Positions 1 through 10,737 are shown, numbered from the stretch's first letter. The stretch: 64,000 nt of DNA from an uncultured Planctomycetota bacterium (GCA_963823665.1 CAWGMQ010000002.1:128001-192000), one strand, 5' to 3'. Program-made: numbers and translations. Notes: generated from the letters alone by a model not told the origin.

Positions 1-693
1 GTCGCCGGGGGTGTACTACCCGCTGGCAAGTCTGTATTCGGGACATTGTAGGTCGTGGGAGTGTACACAGTACCTGTCGTAGCCGGGGCGAGCGAGCCCG
101 TCGACGTGCCCGCAGGGGTTGTCGCGGCCGGGACCGTGTAATAGGTCGGCGGCGTATAGTAGTAACCGGGGCTGCTCGTGTAGTAGTAAGTCGGTGTCGC
201 CGTGTTGGCTGCGGTCGTGTAGTAAGTTGGCGTCATCGGCTGCACGAACCGGCGCCGGAACAGACCGAACGGGAAGCCACGACGAACCGGTGTGTAGTAC
301 GTCTGTGCAGGCACGGTGTACACCGGAGCCGAACCGGTGGTGTAATAGTAATACGTCCCCGGCGCTGCCGTGCCGTACACCATGTTTCCGTTGCGTGCGG
401 GGTAGTAGTAGGTCGTGCCGTTCGTCGGAACCGTTGTTGTCGCGCCCGGCCCAGCTACGGAACTTCCGGAATTGGTCGCGGACGCAGGCGATACTATCGG
501 GTTCGCCACGCCTTGCTGTATCGCAGTCGACGGATTTGTCACTGCGGCTGCCTCAGATGCTTGGATGTTGGGAACCGAACTACTCACCGCCGATGGCTGA
601 GTGCTGGGCTGTTGCGCGAAGAGACTGGTTCTCGCCGACCCAAGCAAGAATGGCTGCGGTCAGCATGACACAGAGGCCCAGGTTGCTGCGCAT
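1..693 (-). CDS. Secreted low-complexity Thr/Tyr/Pro-rich protein (runs off the window edge; probable +1 frameshift near 615-620)
   Basis: GGAGG RBS before ATG at 693; signal-like MRSNLGLCVMLTAAILAWVG; after a 1-base shift the frame stays open to base 1 (QQPSTQPSAV...TTYYYPARNG...PGTYYYYTTG...PVRRGFPFGLFRRRF...TPTYYYTSSPGYYYTPPTYY). Not in the supplied ORF track. Confidence 0.7.
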
Positions 694-870
694 GGTGAAG
701 TCCTCCATAGTGACATGGTCCTCAAGAACTCAACGCAAACGTGCCAAATGGCTGGCAAAAAGCATGCCGTCCAGGGTTCCGATGGTTGGTCTTGTCCTGG
801 TAGAAGTGAATACAAAACGAACGCGATCTGACATGAGTTTGATTCAGACGTCCGGCATCATGGCAACCCG

Positions 871-1281
871 TTACTCTCTCCGATTCTCCTTCCGGATCAC
901 CAGCTTCAGCCCGGACCATGTCTCGTCGACGGCACAGACCTTGATGTCGACTAGCCCCAGCGGAAGCGCAATCTCGCGGACCGTATGCTCAGTGACTTCA
1001 GAAGGAACGCCGGAAGACTTCTTCGGCCATGACACCCAGATGATTCCGCTCTGCTTGATCTTCTTCTGGAGAGTTTTCAGCGACGCTCGGAGCTCTGACC
1101 GGCCTTTGGTAAAGACGTGCACCAGGTCGAGTTCGTGTTCGGCCCTCGACAAGATCACCACGTTTTCAGGAAGCGGATCGACGAGCGCCGCATAGTCGCC
1201 AGGCGCATTCACAACGTGAACGATCATCCCTGGCTTGATCCCCAACTTCCGCGCCAGAGGTGTCCCCGAATATCCTGGCAT
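871..1281 (-). CDS. DUF3052-family protein
   Basis: MPGYSGTPLARKLGIKPG start, IWVSWPKKSSGVPSEVTE and GLVDIKVCAVDETWSGLKLVIR signatures; start moved to the ATG of MPGYSG. Confidence 0.85.
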   Translation of the reverse strand: MPGYSGTPLARKLGIKPGMIVHVVNAPGDYAALVDPLPENVVILSRAEHELDLVHVFTKGRSELRASLKTLQKKIKQSGIIWVSWPKKSSGVPSEVTEHTVREIALPLGLVDIKVCAVDETWSGLKLVIRKENRRE

Positions 1282-1462
1282 CTGGATGGCGTCTTTCTTT
1301 CTTGTAGCGGCGCGATGGCGCATGGCTTCATACCAGATTGTATCAATCGCCAAGACGGCTCGCTTCTGCGAGTGGTTGACGGCACACTGATGGGCAGCAA
1401 GGCGATTTCAGCAAGAGTCGCCGTCGCATCGATTCCTCTACACCGTCAGCGAGGTGAAGCAC

Positions 1463-2255
1463 GTGTTCGGTTTGTTCAAGCAGCGAAGGCGCAATCGGTT
1501 GAGAGCCTGCGCCCTTTCCGACTGACTGGCTGACGATCGTCGAGAAGAACGTCCGATTTTACACGTGCCTTCCCGAGGCCGACCGGCTCGAGCTTCGAGG
1601 ATTGATCCAGGTCTTCCTCGCCGAGAAGATTTTCGAAGGCTGCGGCGGGCTGGTTTTGACCGACGAGATCAAGGTGACGATAGCCGCCCAGGCGTGCTTG
1701 CTCTTGCTTCACCGTGACACTGACATCTACCCCAGGCTCACCACGGTGCTCGTCTATCCCAGCGCTTATATTGCCAGAGCCATCAAGCCGATTGGAAGCG
1801 GGCTTGCTCTGGAAGGTGAGAACGTGAACCTGGGTGAATCGTGGACCAACGGGATCGTCGTGTTGTCGTGGGATGAAATCCGCGCAGGTGCGTCGGACGT
1901 TCAGGATGGCAGAAATCTGGTGCTCCATGAGTTTGCCCATCAACTGGATCGAGAAGACGGCGCCGTGGACGGGACCCCGCTCCTGGATCAGCGCAGTCAG
2001 TATGTTGCCTGGGCTCGCGTTCTGAATGCCGAGTACGAGCGGCTCAAACGCGAAAGCTGGATGGGGCGGCCCACTGTCCTCGACGAATACGGCGCCACCG
2101 ACCACGCCGAATTCTTCGCTGTCGCAACGGAATGCTTCTTCGAAAAGCCGAGAGTCCTCGAAAAACGACATCCCGAGCTCTACGCCGAATTGCGATCCTT
2201 CTATCGGCAAGATCCCGCGACACTTCTGCCCCAAACTCACCGGCCAGGCCCGTGA
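1463..2255 (+). CDS. mtfA: MtfA-like zinc peptidase (M90 family), frameshifted near 1507
   Basis: NLVLHEFAHQLD zinc motif, LDEYGATDHAEFFAVATECFFEKP; N-terminus MFGLFKQRRRNRLR (GTG 1463, GAGG RBS) lies in an adjacent frame and joins APFPTDWLTIVEKN. Confidence 0.85.
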
Positions 2256-2269
2256 ACGAATGATTCTCA

Positions 2270-3052
2270 TCACGCGGACCAGCGCAATTGAACGAACACC
2301 TCGGCCGTTGCGAACAGGTTCGCAAGCGCGTGCAGCAGCACTGTGAGCAATAGCGAAGAGCTTCCATAACGCACGATGCCGAGATAGAGGCCCATCACCG
2401 CGACTCCCAGGACGCCGTACCAATCGTACTGGAAATGAATGAGTGCAAAAATCGTTGTGCTGACGATGATTGCTGCGACAGGCCCGGCTCTAGACGATGC
2501 GATTCCTCTGTACAGAAACCCGCGAAACAGAATCTCATCGCCCAGCGGCGCCAGCACGACCACCGCGAAGACGAGAAAGGGCGGCTACGAGTTGCGGTAG
2601 AAGTCCACCATGATCTTCGGCACAAGTGGGCGGCTGAGGAAGTACGAGGTTAAATCCGTTCCCACAAGCACGACAGCGAGGCCCGCTATCGCCACGGACA
2701 GTGATCGCGCGGTTGGCCTCCTCAGACCAAGGTATTCTCGGATGGGACACCCTCTGAGCCAGATGAGCAGGATAACAAACCCAGCGAGTGCGGGTGTGCT
2801 CGCGAGCGTCGCCGCTGCCAGCATATTGCCGTTGATCGAGAGATCAGCGACGATCGCCCTAAGATCATCGAGCTTCGCACCAGGCTGTGCTGCAATCTGG
2901 ACGATTGCGAAGATGGTCTCTACCGCGATCTGCACGCCAAACAACACGAACAAACACAGGATAGTCCAGCCCACGGTCCCCAGCGAATCCTCGTATGACG
3001 GCGATCGGTATCGGTCGTCCGGTCCTATGCCCAGGAGTCGACCTACGCTCAA
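2270..3052 (-). pseudogene. CPBP/Abi (CAAX protease-like) intramembrane metalloprotease with in-frame TAG at 2585-2587
   Basis: APLGDEILFRGFLY, FALIHFQY and LLHALANL motifs; ORFs 2585..3052 and 2270..2563 share one frame, separated by a single TAG (FYRNS*PPFLVFAVVVLAP). Confidence 0.75.
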
Positions 3053-3070
3053 CCTCAGTGGAGCGACCGC

Positions 3071-3382
3071 GTGAATACCTGGACCGTTCTGTACTGGATC
3101 GGCTGCATCGTGGGTGCCGCAGGAGGCCTCTACGCTTTACACAGATTCGCGCTTCATCTGGAAGAGCGTGGGCACCTCTACTATCTGAACAAGAAGCCGA
3201 AAAGCAGCACGATCGGCTCCTTTGTCGCCCTGCAAAGAGCACTCGAGCCCCAGGTTCAGCATGTGATCCGCGTAACAGAAGAGACCCATCTCCACGGAGA
3301 AGAGGGCGGTTCCGGCCAGGGTGATCCCGAAGGCCGCAATGCTCTAGGCACCGAATGCACCGAGTCTCCCGGAACGGTCTGA
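3071..3382 (+). CDS. Small hypothetical protein with N-terminal TM helix
   Basis: GGAG RBS; hydrophobic WTVLYWIGCIVGAAGGLYALH followed by LEERGHLYY. Confidence 0.65.
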   Translation: MNTWTVLYWIGCIVGAAGGLYALHRFALHLEERGHLYYLNKKPKSSTIGSFVALQRALEPQVQHVIRVTEETHLHGEEGGSGQGDPEGRNALGTECTESPGTV

Positions 3383-3402
3383 CTCGCCTTCCAGCGGGTG
3401 GC

Positions 3403-3633
3403 TCAGCACGGATCGAGCAGCGCCAATCGTCGCACAACAACGTCAGGTAGATCGGTCACCGAATGCTTGGTGCCACAAATCGCAGTCATTCCCGGAAGAT
3501 CCTCGCTCGTCCACTCTGGCCCCATCGCCGCCGCCACTGAAACACCGTCCGGCGGCGCTAGAGTCGGGCGAACGACCGTGTCGGCCCAGGCGTATCGAGG
3601 ACGCTCGTATTCAAATCGACGGCCGTGGTCCAT
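3403..3633 (-). CDS. Small hypothetical protein (76 aa)
   Basis: GGGGAG RBS upstream of ATG; fills the gap and is divergent from the ECF fusion gene. Confidence 0.4.
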   Translation of the reverse strand: MDHGRRFEYERPRYAWADTVVRPTLAPPDGVSVAAAMGPEWTSEDLPGMTAICGTKHSVTDLPDVVVRRLALLDPC

Positions 3634-3831
3634 GATTCAACGGCTCCCCTTCGCGTCAGTCGGTGACAGCGTGTCCAACACATTCTATCCGCCGATCACA
3701 GCAAAGTTTATGCTCAGTAGAAGCTTGGCAGCCCGATCCGAACGGAAAATTCCCAGGAATTCTGAAATGGCGAGCCCCTCTGAATGTCACTACGGTATGA
3801 GATCGGCCCGATGACGAGAGGGTAACGACGA

Positions 3832-6306
3832 ATGAGACGAGATTCGCAGGCCGCATCGGCAGTAGTCCAGGCTTGCTGGAGTCGAGATGAGACTCCAGCG
3901 AGAACAGACTCGCAACTTGTGCAAGGCTTCATCCGTGGGACCGACGAGTCAGCCGAGGCCGCTTTCGCCGCTCTCGTCGAGCGTCACGGCCCGATCGTCC
4001 ATCGCGTCTGCCTCGACGTCATTGGCAATCTGCATGATGCACAAGACGCCGCGCAGGCGGTCTTTCTCATACTGGCCAGGAAAGCTCGGTCGATCCGAAA
4101 ACCAGAATCACTCGGCCCGTGGCTGCACGGCGTTGCACTCCGCGTGGCGAGACGCGTGAGGAGCCAGGCGGCCAGGCGGAAGTCCGCAGAACGCCAGAAA
4201 GCGGATATCACGACTCGTCAACAAGGTCTCGCAGAACACGGGCACGACTCCATGGGCCACGACGATTTGCACAACGAGATCAATCGGCTTCCCGAAAAGT
4301 ATCGCCGTCCCATCATTCTTTGCTACATGCAAGGACGGACACAGCCCCAAGCGGCGCAGATGCTGGGCTGGCCCTTGGGAACCGTTCAGACTCGTCTTCA
4401 CCGCGGCCGGGAACGCCTGCGCACAAGACTCTCCCGCTCCGGCATGGGCCTGTTAGCACTGACCGGCTCGGACTTGACGAAATCGCTCTCTACGACCGCC
4501 GGTGCGCTTGATCGGCAATGGGCCGAGCAGACCTCTCACGCCGCGGTCCGGTTCGCTGCTGGTAAAACAACGGCAGGTCTTGTCGCTCCATCAGTGGCAG
4601 GATTGGCAAGTTCGGTGCTGACAGCCATGCTCGGTGACTCGCTCAAAACCCTCGCGCTCATCCCGATCGCACTCTTGCTCGTTGCTGCTGGTCTCACCTT
4701 GAACGGGCGTAGAACGACGGAAGTTAAGCCCCGGAATCTGGTCCTCGAATCCCAGTCGACAACGTCTGCGCCACAGACTGATAGACAGCGCACACCAAAC
4801 GCGACAGTACGGCAAGCCTCTGGTGAAACGAACGCCGAAAAGGATGAGCCCCAAAAGCAGGTACCGCTCGCCGATTTGAAAACACGAACCGCCGGGGCAG
4901 CCACTCCGGCGTCCCCTTTGCAGACACCGGTGATTGCGCCACCGCCGCGGGATCCTGTGCTCGACGACGCCAGTCTCTCGAAGCCGCCCACCTCATCAGA
5001 TCACGCGCGGACCCTGGCCCTCCTCGAGCCTCGGTCTGAGCGGGCGCTCAGGCTGGGCCGTGAGCTGTTCGAAAGAGTCTGGGCCAGAGAAGACCCGCGT
5101 GCCCACGGTGGTGATGGCCTCGGACCGGTTTTCAACGGGCAATCGTGCGTAAGCTGTCATAACCTGGGCGGATCAGGCGGCGCCGGGGCAATCGATCGGA
5201 ACATCGAAATCGTCACTGCGACCGGCGGCGATCCTGGCGACTACGCGGGGTTCTCCTATTTCTTCAGCATGGACCTCCCGGCCGGTCGGTTCGAATACCG
5301 CATCGGTGACGGTTCGCAGGCCTCAGCCAAGGGTGAACGAAGAGCCGATCCCAGACTCGCCGCCGGGATCCATGCAGGCTTCCAGCAGTCGCGCAGCGTG
5401 GTGTTGCACCGATTTAGCATCGATCCCACGTACAACGCCTGGCGCGAGTCCGTGCCCGGCCGGCACGGCACCATCCTGATTCGGAGCTCAGAACGGAACC
5501 CGCCTCCTCTGTTCGGAGCGGGGCCGATCGACACCATTCCCTCGGAGGTCATCGAAGCTGCCGCGAAACGGCGGTCTTCCGGTTCGGCGCAAGTCAAGGG
5601 TCGCGTCAGCCGCCTCAAAGATGGACGAGTCGGCCGCTTCGGATGGAAGGCACAAACAGCAACACTCGAAGAATTCGTCCTCTCCGCCGCCGCCGGAGAG
5701 ATGGGGCTGGAAGTACCTGACCGTCACCAGGCCGCTGATCCACGCCTTCCGGGAGTCGCCGCAAGAGGGCTCGACATGGACCAGGACGAATGCAATCTCT
5801 TGATCAACTACGTGCGCAGTCTTCCCGCTCCAATCGCCGCCAAACCCGATGATGACAGGATCGTCTCTCAAATCAAGGCGGGTGAGGCAAGCTTCAAATC
5901 CATCGGTTGCGCCGCGTGCCATTTACCGAAATTAGGCGAAGTCGTGGGCATTTACAGCGACCTTCTGCTGCACGACATGGGCCCGGCGCTCGCCGACGCC
6001 GACACCTACACCGTCTTTAATGGTGAGCCATCAAGGCCCGGCGGTCCCGAGCCCGCAAGTCCGGACCTCGCTCGCGCCGGCACGGAAGCCGCATCCGCCC
6101 GTGAATGGCGTACTCCACCTCTTTGGGGCCTTCGAGCGTCCGCCCCGTACTTGCACGATGGCCGAGCCCCTGGAATTCCAGAAGCCATCACGATGCACGG
6201 CGGCCAGGGTGCGACAGCCGCACGGCGGTTCGCCGAGCTTTCCCCCAGGCGCAGGCAACAGCTCGAAGCATTCCTCATGTCGCTCGCCTCGCCGTCCACC
6301 GATTGA
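3832..6306 (+). CDS. ECF sigma factor fused via a TM helix to a di-heme oxidoreductase-like (DHOR/DUF1111-type) domain
   Basis: sigma2 (AFAALVERHGPIVHRVC, DAQDAAQAVFL, PWLHGVA) and sigma4 (LPEKYRRPIILCY, GWPLGTVQTRLHRGR); TM LALIPIALLLVAAGLTL; DGLGPVFNGQSCVSCH, GRFGWKAQ, GCAACH, YSDLLLHDMG, EWRTPPLWGL, PYLHDGRA. Confidence 0.88.
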   Translation: MRRDSQAASAVVQACWSRDETPARTDSQLVQGFIRGTDESAEAAFAALVERHGPIVHRVCLDVIGNLHDAQDAAQAVFLILARKARSIRKPESLGPWLHGVALRVARRVRSQAARRKSAERQKADITTRQQGLAEHGHDSMGHDDLHNEINRLPEKYRRPIILCYMQGRTQPQAAQMLGWPLGTVQTRLHRGRERLRTRLSRSGMGLLALTGSDLTKSLSTTAGALDRQWAEQTSHAAVRFAAGKTTAGLVAPSVAGLASSVLTAMLGDSLKTLALIPIALLLVAAGLTLNGRRTTEVKPRNLVLESQSTTSAPQTDRQRTPNATVRQASGETNAEKDEPQKQVPLADLKTRTAGAATPASPLQTPVIAPPPRDPVLDDASLSKPPTSSDHARTLALLEPRSERALRLGRELFERVWAREDPRAHGGDGLGPVFNGQSCVSCHNLGGSGGAGAIDRNIEIVTATGGDPGDYAGFSYFFSMDLPAGRFEYRIGDGSQASAKGERRADPRLAAGIHAGFQQSRSVVLHRFSIDPTYNAWRESVPGRHGTILIRSSERNPPPLFGAGPIDTIPSEVIEAAAKRRSSGSAQVKGRVSRLKDGRVGRFGWKAQTATLEEFVLSAAAGEMGLEVPDRHQAADPRLPGVAARGLDMDQDECNLLINYVRSLPAPIAAKPDDDRIVSQIKAGEASFKSIGCAACHLPKLGEVVGIYSDLLLHDMGPALADADTYTVFNGEPSRPGGPEPASPDLARAGTEAASAREWRTPPLWGLRASAPYLHDGRAPGIPEAITMHGGQGATAARRFAELSPRRRQQLEAFLMSLASPSTD

Positions 6307-6366
6307 TGCGGGAGTCCGTACTGAACGACTCGCCGCGAACTAAAGGAACCAGCTTGCCCGCCGGGA

Positions 6367-8952
6367 TCATTTGACGGGCGCGCCACGCAGCTCCTGTAAT
6401 CGGCGCCGAAGGTCCCAGACCGCCAACTGGTCAAGCTGGTGGATCGCATCGCCTTCATCAAACTCGAGCTCGGTTTCGACGCGCACCCAGCACGCAATCT
6501 GCTCCACACCACCCTCGATCGGAGCCGGGACTCGCCAGCATCGCGCCATTCCGTCGGCACTCGCCGTCGCAAGCCGCCGGTTATCCGCATCAAATGCCAC
6601 ACAGCTCACCGCCCCGCGGTGCACCAGCGCAGGCCCGATTGGCAAGGCGGTCTCGGCATCCCAGAGCCGGACAGTTCCGTCCCGGCTACCCGTCGCGATC
6701 ATCGTGCCGGCGCTGTTAAATGCCAGACAATCGACTGGCCCTCGATGAGAGAGTGGTTCTCCGATCGGTCGAAATGTCTTGGTATCCCAGAGCCTTGCGG
6801 TCCCATCCTGGCTCGTCGTCACAATCGCACGGCCGTCCGGGCTATACACCACGCAACCGGTGTCACCTCGAAGGGGGATCTCCGCCACGGTCGTCCAGCG
6901 CTCCGTTTCCCAGAGTCGCGCGCGACCATCGAGGCAACCGGTGACGAGCATTCGTCCGTCGGGGTTGAAGGCCAAAGTACTCACGGCCGCCGGGTGCCGT
7001 AAATCCTCACCCAGCAGTCTTCCGTCAGCGGCCTCTCGAAATCGTACCACACCGTCGTCGCCCGCCGTGGCTAACCGTGTGCCATCGGGATGGAACGCCA
7101 CGGCCAGCACTCGTCCATCGTTTTTCGCCGGCTCGCCGACCGGACACCATGTCTTGGTCTCCCAGAGCGAGGCAGAAGCGGTTCCGCTCGCCGTCGCGAT
7201 CCTCGACCCATCCGGGCTGAAGCAAAGGGCGGTGACTGCGGCCCCGTGTACGCAGGGATTGCCGGCAGGGGCTGCGGAGTGCGCATCCCACTGCCTCATC
7301 GCTCCGTCATCGCTCGCCGTGGCCACAATTCGCCCGTCCGGGCTGAACGCGATTGCCCGGATGGCCCTCTCGTGGCGAATCGGCGATGAGAGCAGCCCAC
7401 CCTTCGCGACATCCCACAGCCGCAGCACGTGGTCCGCGCCCGCGGTCGCCAGCAATCGCCCGTCCGGGCTGAACACAACGGCCTGAAGCGCCGAGCCGTG
7501 CGCCAGCGTGCGTTCCACCAGTTTCGTCCTTGAATGCCAGCCATGCAGGCTCGCACGAACAGCCCGCTCGATCCCCGGCGAGTCCGGCGGGATGCTCTCC
7601 AGCGCACGCGCCAGCCAGAGCATCCCCTCGTTGGCCATGTCCCGGACGAAGAGGTTCTGCGCTCGCTCGATGCAAAGGCGGCCAAGCGATCGCTTCGCCT
7701 CATGCAGAGCGCGTTCCTGCTCGCTCCGATAGCTCACTTCCGCCAGCCAGACTTCGATCTCTCCGGCAAGCGCAAGCGCCGTCTGGTGGCGGTCCTCCGG
7801 CCTGAGGGCCATCGCTTTCAAGCAGATCGCCTCGAGCTTCGGGTCAATCGACCGGCGCAGTCGTCTCGGCGCCGGAAAGATGCCGCGACTGACTCGATGC
7901 AGCACGTCTTGAAGGTCTCCGGAAGGAAAAGGGCCGTGTCCCACGAGCAAGCAGTAAAGCGTCGCCCCGAGTCCGTAGACATCGCTCGCCGGCTCGACTT
8001 CTGAAAGGCCCGCCGAGGCTTGCTCGGGGCTCATGTATTGCGGCGTCCCGATCGCCGCCCCAGGCCGCGTGAGCGAAAGCTCTACGCCGAGACCACTCTC
8101 GAGAGACGAGCCGGATGGCTCGGACTGAGGATGCGCAGCCGTCTTGGCGACACCCCAGTCAACGACCAGCGTCTCGCCAAATCGCCCGAGCATGATGTTC
8201 TCCGGTTTCAGATCCCGATGCACCACACCCCGGCTGTGCGCGTACGCAACCGCATTGCAGGCGTCAATGAAGCTGCGCAACAGTCGCCGGAATGCCAGCT
8301 CCCGCTCGCCGGGGCTGTGGCCTGCACGCTTGGCTCCATGAAATCGCTCGATCGCTTGTTTGAGTGTTTCCCCCTCAATGAATCGCATTGCGTAATACGG
8401 CCGGCCATCGCTGTGCCGGCCCAGGCCGTAAACCGGCACGATTCCCGGATGCTCCAGCCTCCCGGTCACCATGGCCTCCCTCAAAAAGCGCGATTGGCTT
8501 TGAGGGTCATGCGCGTGGTAGGCCTGAAGCTCTTTGAGCGCCACCTGGCGGTCCAGCTCGACGTCGAGGGCTAGAAACACCTCGCCCAGCCCTCCCTTGG
8601 CATGCGGCCGGATGACCCGGAATCGCTCGGCATCCTCGATCAAGCCCGATGCGTCTTGCGCTCGATCTGCGGTGACTCCAGAACGGTCACCATTCTCCGA
8701 GCGCTTGTCCGGTGGTGAGTAGGCCACGGTCGCCGAATGCCCCGGTTCTCCCCCCTTGAGCTGGCCTTGGACCAGCAGAACCCCGGCTCTGTCGAGCGCG
8801 CCTTGCTCGACGAGGATCTCCTCCATTGACCCACTTTCAGCGCTGTTCCACGCGTCAAAGGCTTCCAGAAGCTGACGATGATCGATCAGCCCGCGCTTGA
8901 GTGCGAGCATCCCGATCACGAGGTCGCTCTCGCCATGGGCGCGTCGCGTCAT
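6367..8952 (-). CDS. Hanks-type Ser/Thr protein kinase with C-terminal WD40 repeats
   Basis: HAKGGLGEV, VALKE, HRDLKPEN, VDWG, GTPQYMSPEQ, DVYGLG; repeated H...VAFSPDG...TAS.DG..RLWD. Confidence 0.93.
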   Translation of the reverse strand: MTRRAHGESDLVIGMLALKRGLIDHRQLLEAFDAWNSAESGSMEEILVEQGALDRAGVLLVQGQLKGGEPGHSATVAYSPPDKRSENGDRSGVTADRAQDASGLIEDAERFRVIRPHAKGGLGEVFLALDVELDRQVALKELQAYHAHDPQSQSRFLREAMVTGRLEHPGIVPVYGLGRHSDGRPYYAMRFIEGETLKQAIERFHGAKRAGHSPGERELAFRRLLRSFIDACNAVAYAHSRGVVHRDLKPENIMLGRFGETLVVDWGVAKTAAHPQSEPSGSSLESGLGVELSLTRPGAAIGTPQYMSPEQASAGLSEVEPASDVYGLGATLYCLLVGHGPFPSGDLQDVLHRVSRGIFPAPRRLRRSIDPKLEAICLKAMALRPEDRHQTALALAGEIEVWLAEVSYRSEQERALHEAKRSLGRLCIERAQNLFVRDMANEGMLWLARALESIPPDSPGIERAVRASLHGWHSRTKLVERTLAHGSALQAVVFSPDGRLLATAGADHVLRLWDVAKGGLLSSPIRHERAIRAIAFSPDGRIVATASDDGAMRQWDAHSAAPAGNPCVHGAAVTALCFSPDGSRIATASGTASASLWETKTWCPVGEPAKNDGRVLAVAFHPDGTRLATAGDDGVVRFREAADGRLLGEDLRHPAAVSTLAFNPDGRMLVTGCLDGRARLWETERWTTVAEIPLRGDTGCVVYSPDGRAIVTTSQDGTARLWDTKTFRPIGEPLSHRGPVDCLAFNSAGTMIATGSRDGTVRLWDAETALPIGPALVHRGAVSCVAFDADNRRLATASADGMARCWRVPAPIEGGVEQIACWVRVETELEFDEGDAIHQLDQLAVWDLRRRLQELRGAPVK

Positions 8953-9087
8953 GGGGTAAACACCGGCCCAAGGCGGACGTCGAAGAAGGGAGGCCCAGAC
9001 CCGCTCCAGACGTGTCGCGCAAGATGAATGGAAATGACCGTCGGGCCGCATTCCAGGTTAGCCGGTTCGACCATCAAGAGAAAGGCG

Positions 9088-10611
9088 TCACGAATTCTGG
9101 ACCAGCCCCTCGAGCTTGCCACTGCTCTGTGCAACCACCTGGGCGGCGACCTGGTTCGGGCTGTACCCTCCAGGAAGTCGCACGAGTGGCTTGCCGTGGC
9201 GATCACAGAACTGCCTGACATCTCCGAACGCGTGGCTCGACCAGCGGATCGCCAGCAACACAACGGCCACATCGGTCCGTGCGATGAGCGGCTCGAATGA
9301 ATCGATCGACTGATGTTCCTTGGTCTCGATCCAGATCAACTCCGAGAGCCCCAGAGCTCGTCGAAGCGATTCCTGCGCTTCGCGGCGCCGTGTTCCCCCG
9401 ATCAGGACGACGCTTCGGCCGTGCAGAAGCCGCCGGGCTTCGACCGCTTCCGGCGGCGGCGCGTGCGAAACAGCCTCTTTGGCCGGCGCTGGTCGCCGTG
9501 CCACGTATCGATCGATTTCACGCAGCACGCGTCGAAACCCATCGGGTAAGTCCTGACGCTCGGGAAGGTCGTCGATCACGCTGATGAGCGCGTTTCGCAT
9601 TTCAGGATTGCTGGGGGGTATGCCGTCCGCAACCAGGTGCTCCACCAGCCGGATAATCGCTTGCCAGTCCTCTAGAGAGGCTTCTCCCGTTTCGATGCGC
9701 GTTGAGTGTTCTTTGATCCGCTCAAGCTCGGAAGCGTGTTGCCTGGTGAGCTGACCAGTCGCTGCCGCCGCTTCGATGCGCGCCAGCAGATCGGACCAGT
9801 TGCCAGGATCTGCCTCATCGTCGGCCCGCATGAACCGCTTCAGATAAATTCGGTGGTGCGCAGCGGTGGTTTTTACCCATTCAAATACCTCTAATTGTTC
9901 GGGCGAGTCCGGAGCAGACAGCCGCTTCAGTGCGATCCTCAAGGTTGACTGTGCCTCGGCCACAAGTGGCAGCATTCGCTCGAATACCTTCGGCCCTTGG
10001 TTTTTTGCCAGCGCGATTCGCGCGATCGCTACGCCCTCGGCCAGCGACTCGAAACAGCCGGCCGTATTCTCGAGCAACGAAAGATCGGCCTGCTCAGAAG
10101 ATTCCGACGCCTTCGCCCAGTAATAGCAATCGGTGAACTTGTCGGCCCACTCGGCGATGTTCGACTCAACCGGCACATCTGGCTCGCAGCGATCGTTCCC
10201 CTCACGGCCTCGCAGAAGCCGCTCGACAGCCCACCGGGCCGCCTCCCCTTTCCACCGGCATCGCGCTTCGATTTCAACGAGCTCGTCGTACGAAGCTTTG
10301 CCACGCGATGCCGATGGAGAGGCACCCCCCAGTTCGCGCTGCGCCGCCAGAGACCTTCCAAGTGTCAGCTTCCGGAGCGGCTCGCCCGTGTCTTCGCCTA
10401 TCGCTTCGGCTCCGGCATCGACCGGCTCAACTTGCCCTGATGGACCTGGCTGCAACGGAGCGGGTTTCGTCTCGACTCGAGAACTCTCCGTCGCCGCCAG
10501 GATCTCCTCCGCCAGCGTCCGCAAATCGGCGCGAAGCTCCTCATCCGTGGCGGCCAGCGAGATCAACTGCTTCGCCTCGGACCTGATCACTTTCATCAGC
10601 CAGTCCGCCAT
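9088..10611 (-). CDS. Hypothetical helical protein with C-terminal DUF2325-like Rossmannoid domain
   Basis: 507-aa ORF with GGAGG RBS; C-terminal SVVLIGG...VAVVLLAIRWSSH...CDRHGKPLVRLPGG. Confidence 0.7.
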   Translation of the reverse strand: MADWLMKVIRSEAKQLISLAATDEELRADLRTLAEEILAATESSRVETKPAPLQPGPSGQVEPVDAGAEAIGEDTGEPLRKLTLGRSLAAQRELGGASPSASRGKASYDELVEIEARCRWKGEAARWAVERLLRGREGNDRCEPDVPVESNIAEWADKFTDCYYWAKASESSEQADLSLLENTAGCFESLAEGVAIARIALAKNQGPKVFERMLPLVAEAQSTLRIALKRLSAPDSPEQLEVFEWVKTTAAHHRIYLKRFMRADDEADPGNWSDLLARIEAAAATGQLTRQHASELERIKEHSTRIETGEASLEDWQAIIRLVEHLVADGIPPSNPEMRNALISVIDDLPERQDLPDGFRRVLREIDRYVARRPAPAKEAVSHAPPPEAVEARRLLHGRSVVLIGGTRRREAQESLRRALGLSELIWIETKEHQSIDSFEPLIARTDVAVVLLAIRWSSHAFGDVRQFCDRHGKPLVRLPGGYSPNQVAAQVVAQSSGKLEGLVQNS

Positions 10612-10737
10612 TTCCGCCTCCAGGTAACCAACATTCTAGCACTTCGACTCTTCCTGCTCGTGTCTTCGGCGATGGTAAACTGAAGAAAGTACTGGTATCG
10701 GGATTGATGCCGCTGCCACGTTGACCCGAGTTCCCTG

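Noticed and set aside
6367..8952. WD40 nucleotide repeats as a DGR or other repeat element
   Set aside because: The similarity is explained by protein repeats; there is no reverse transcriptase and no adenine-specific variant pair
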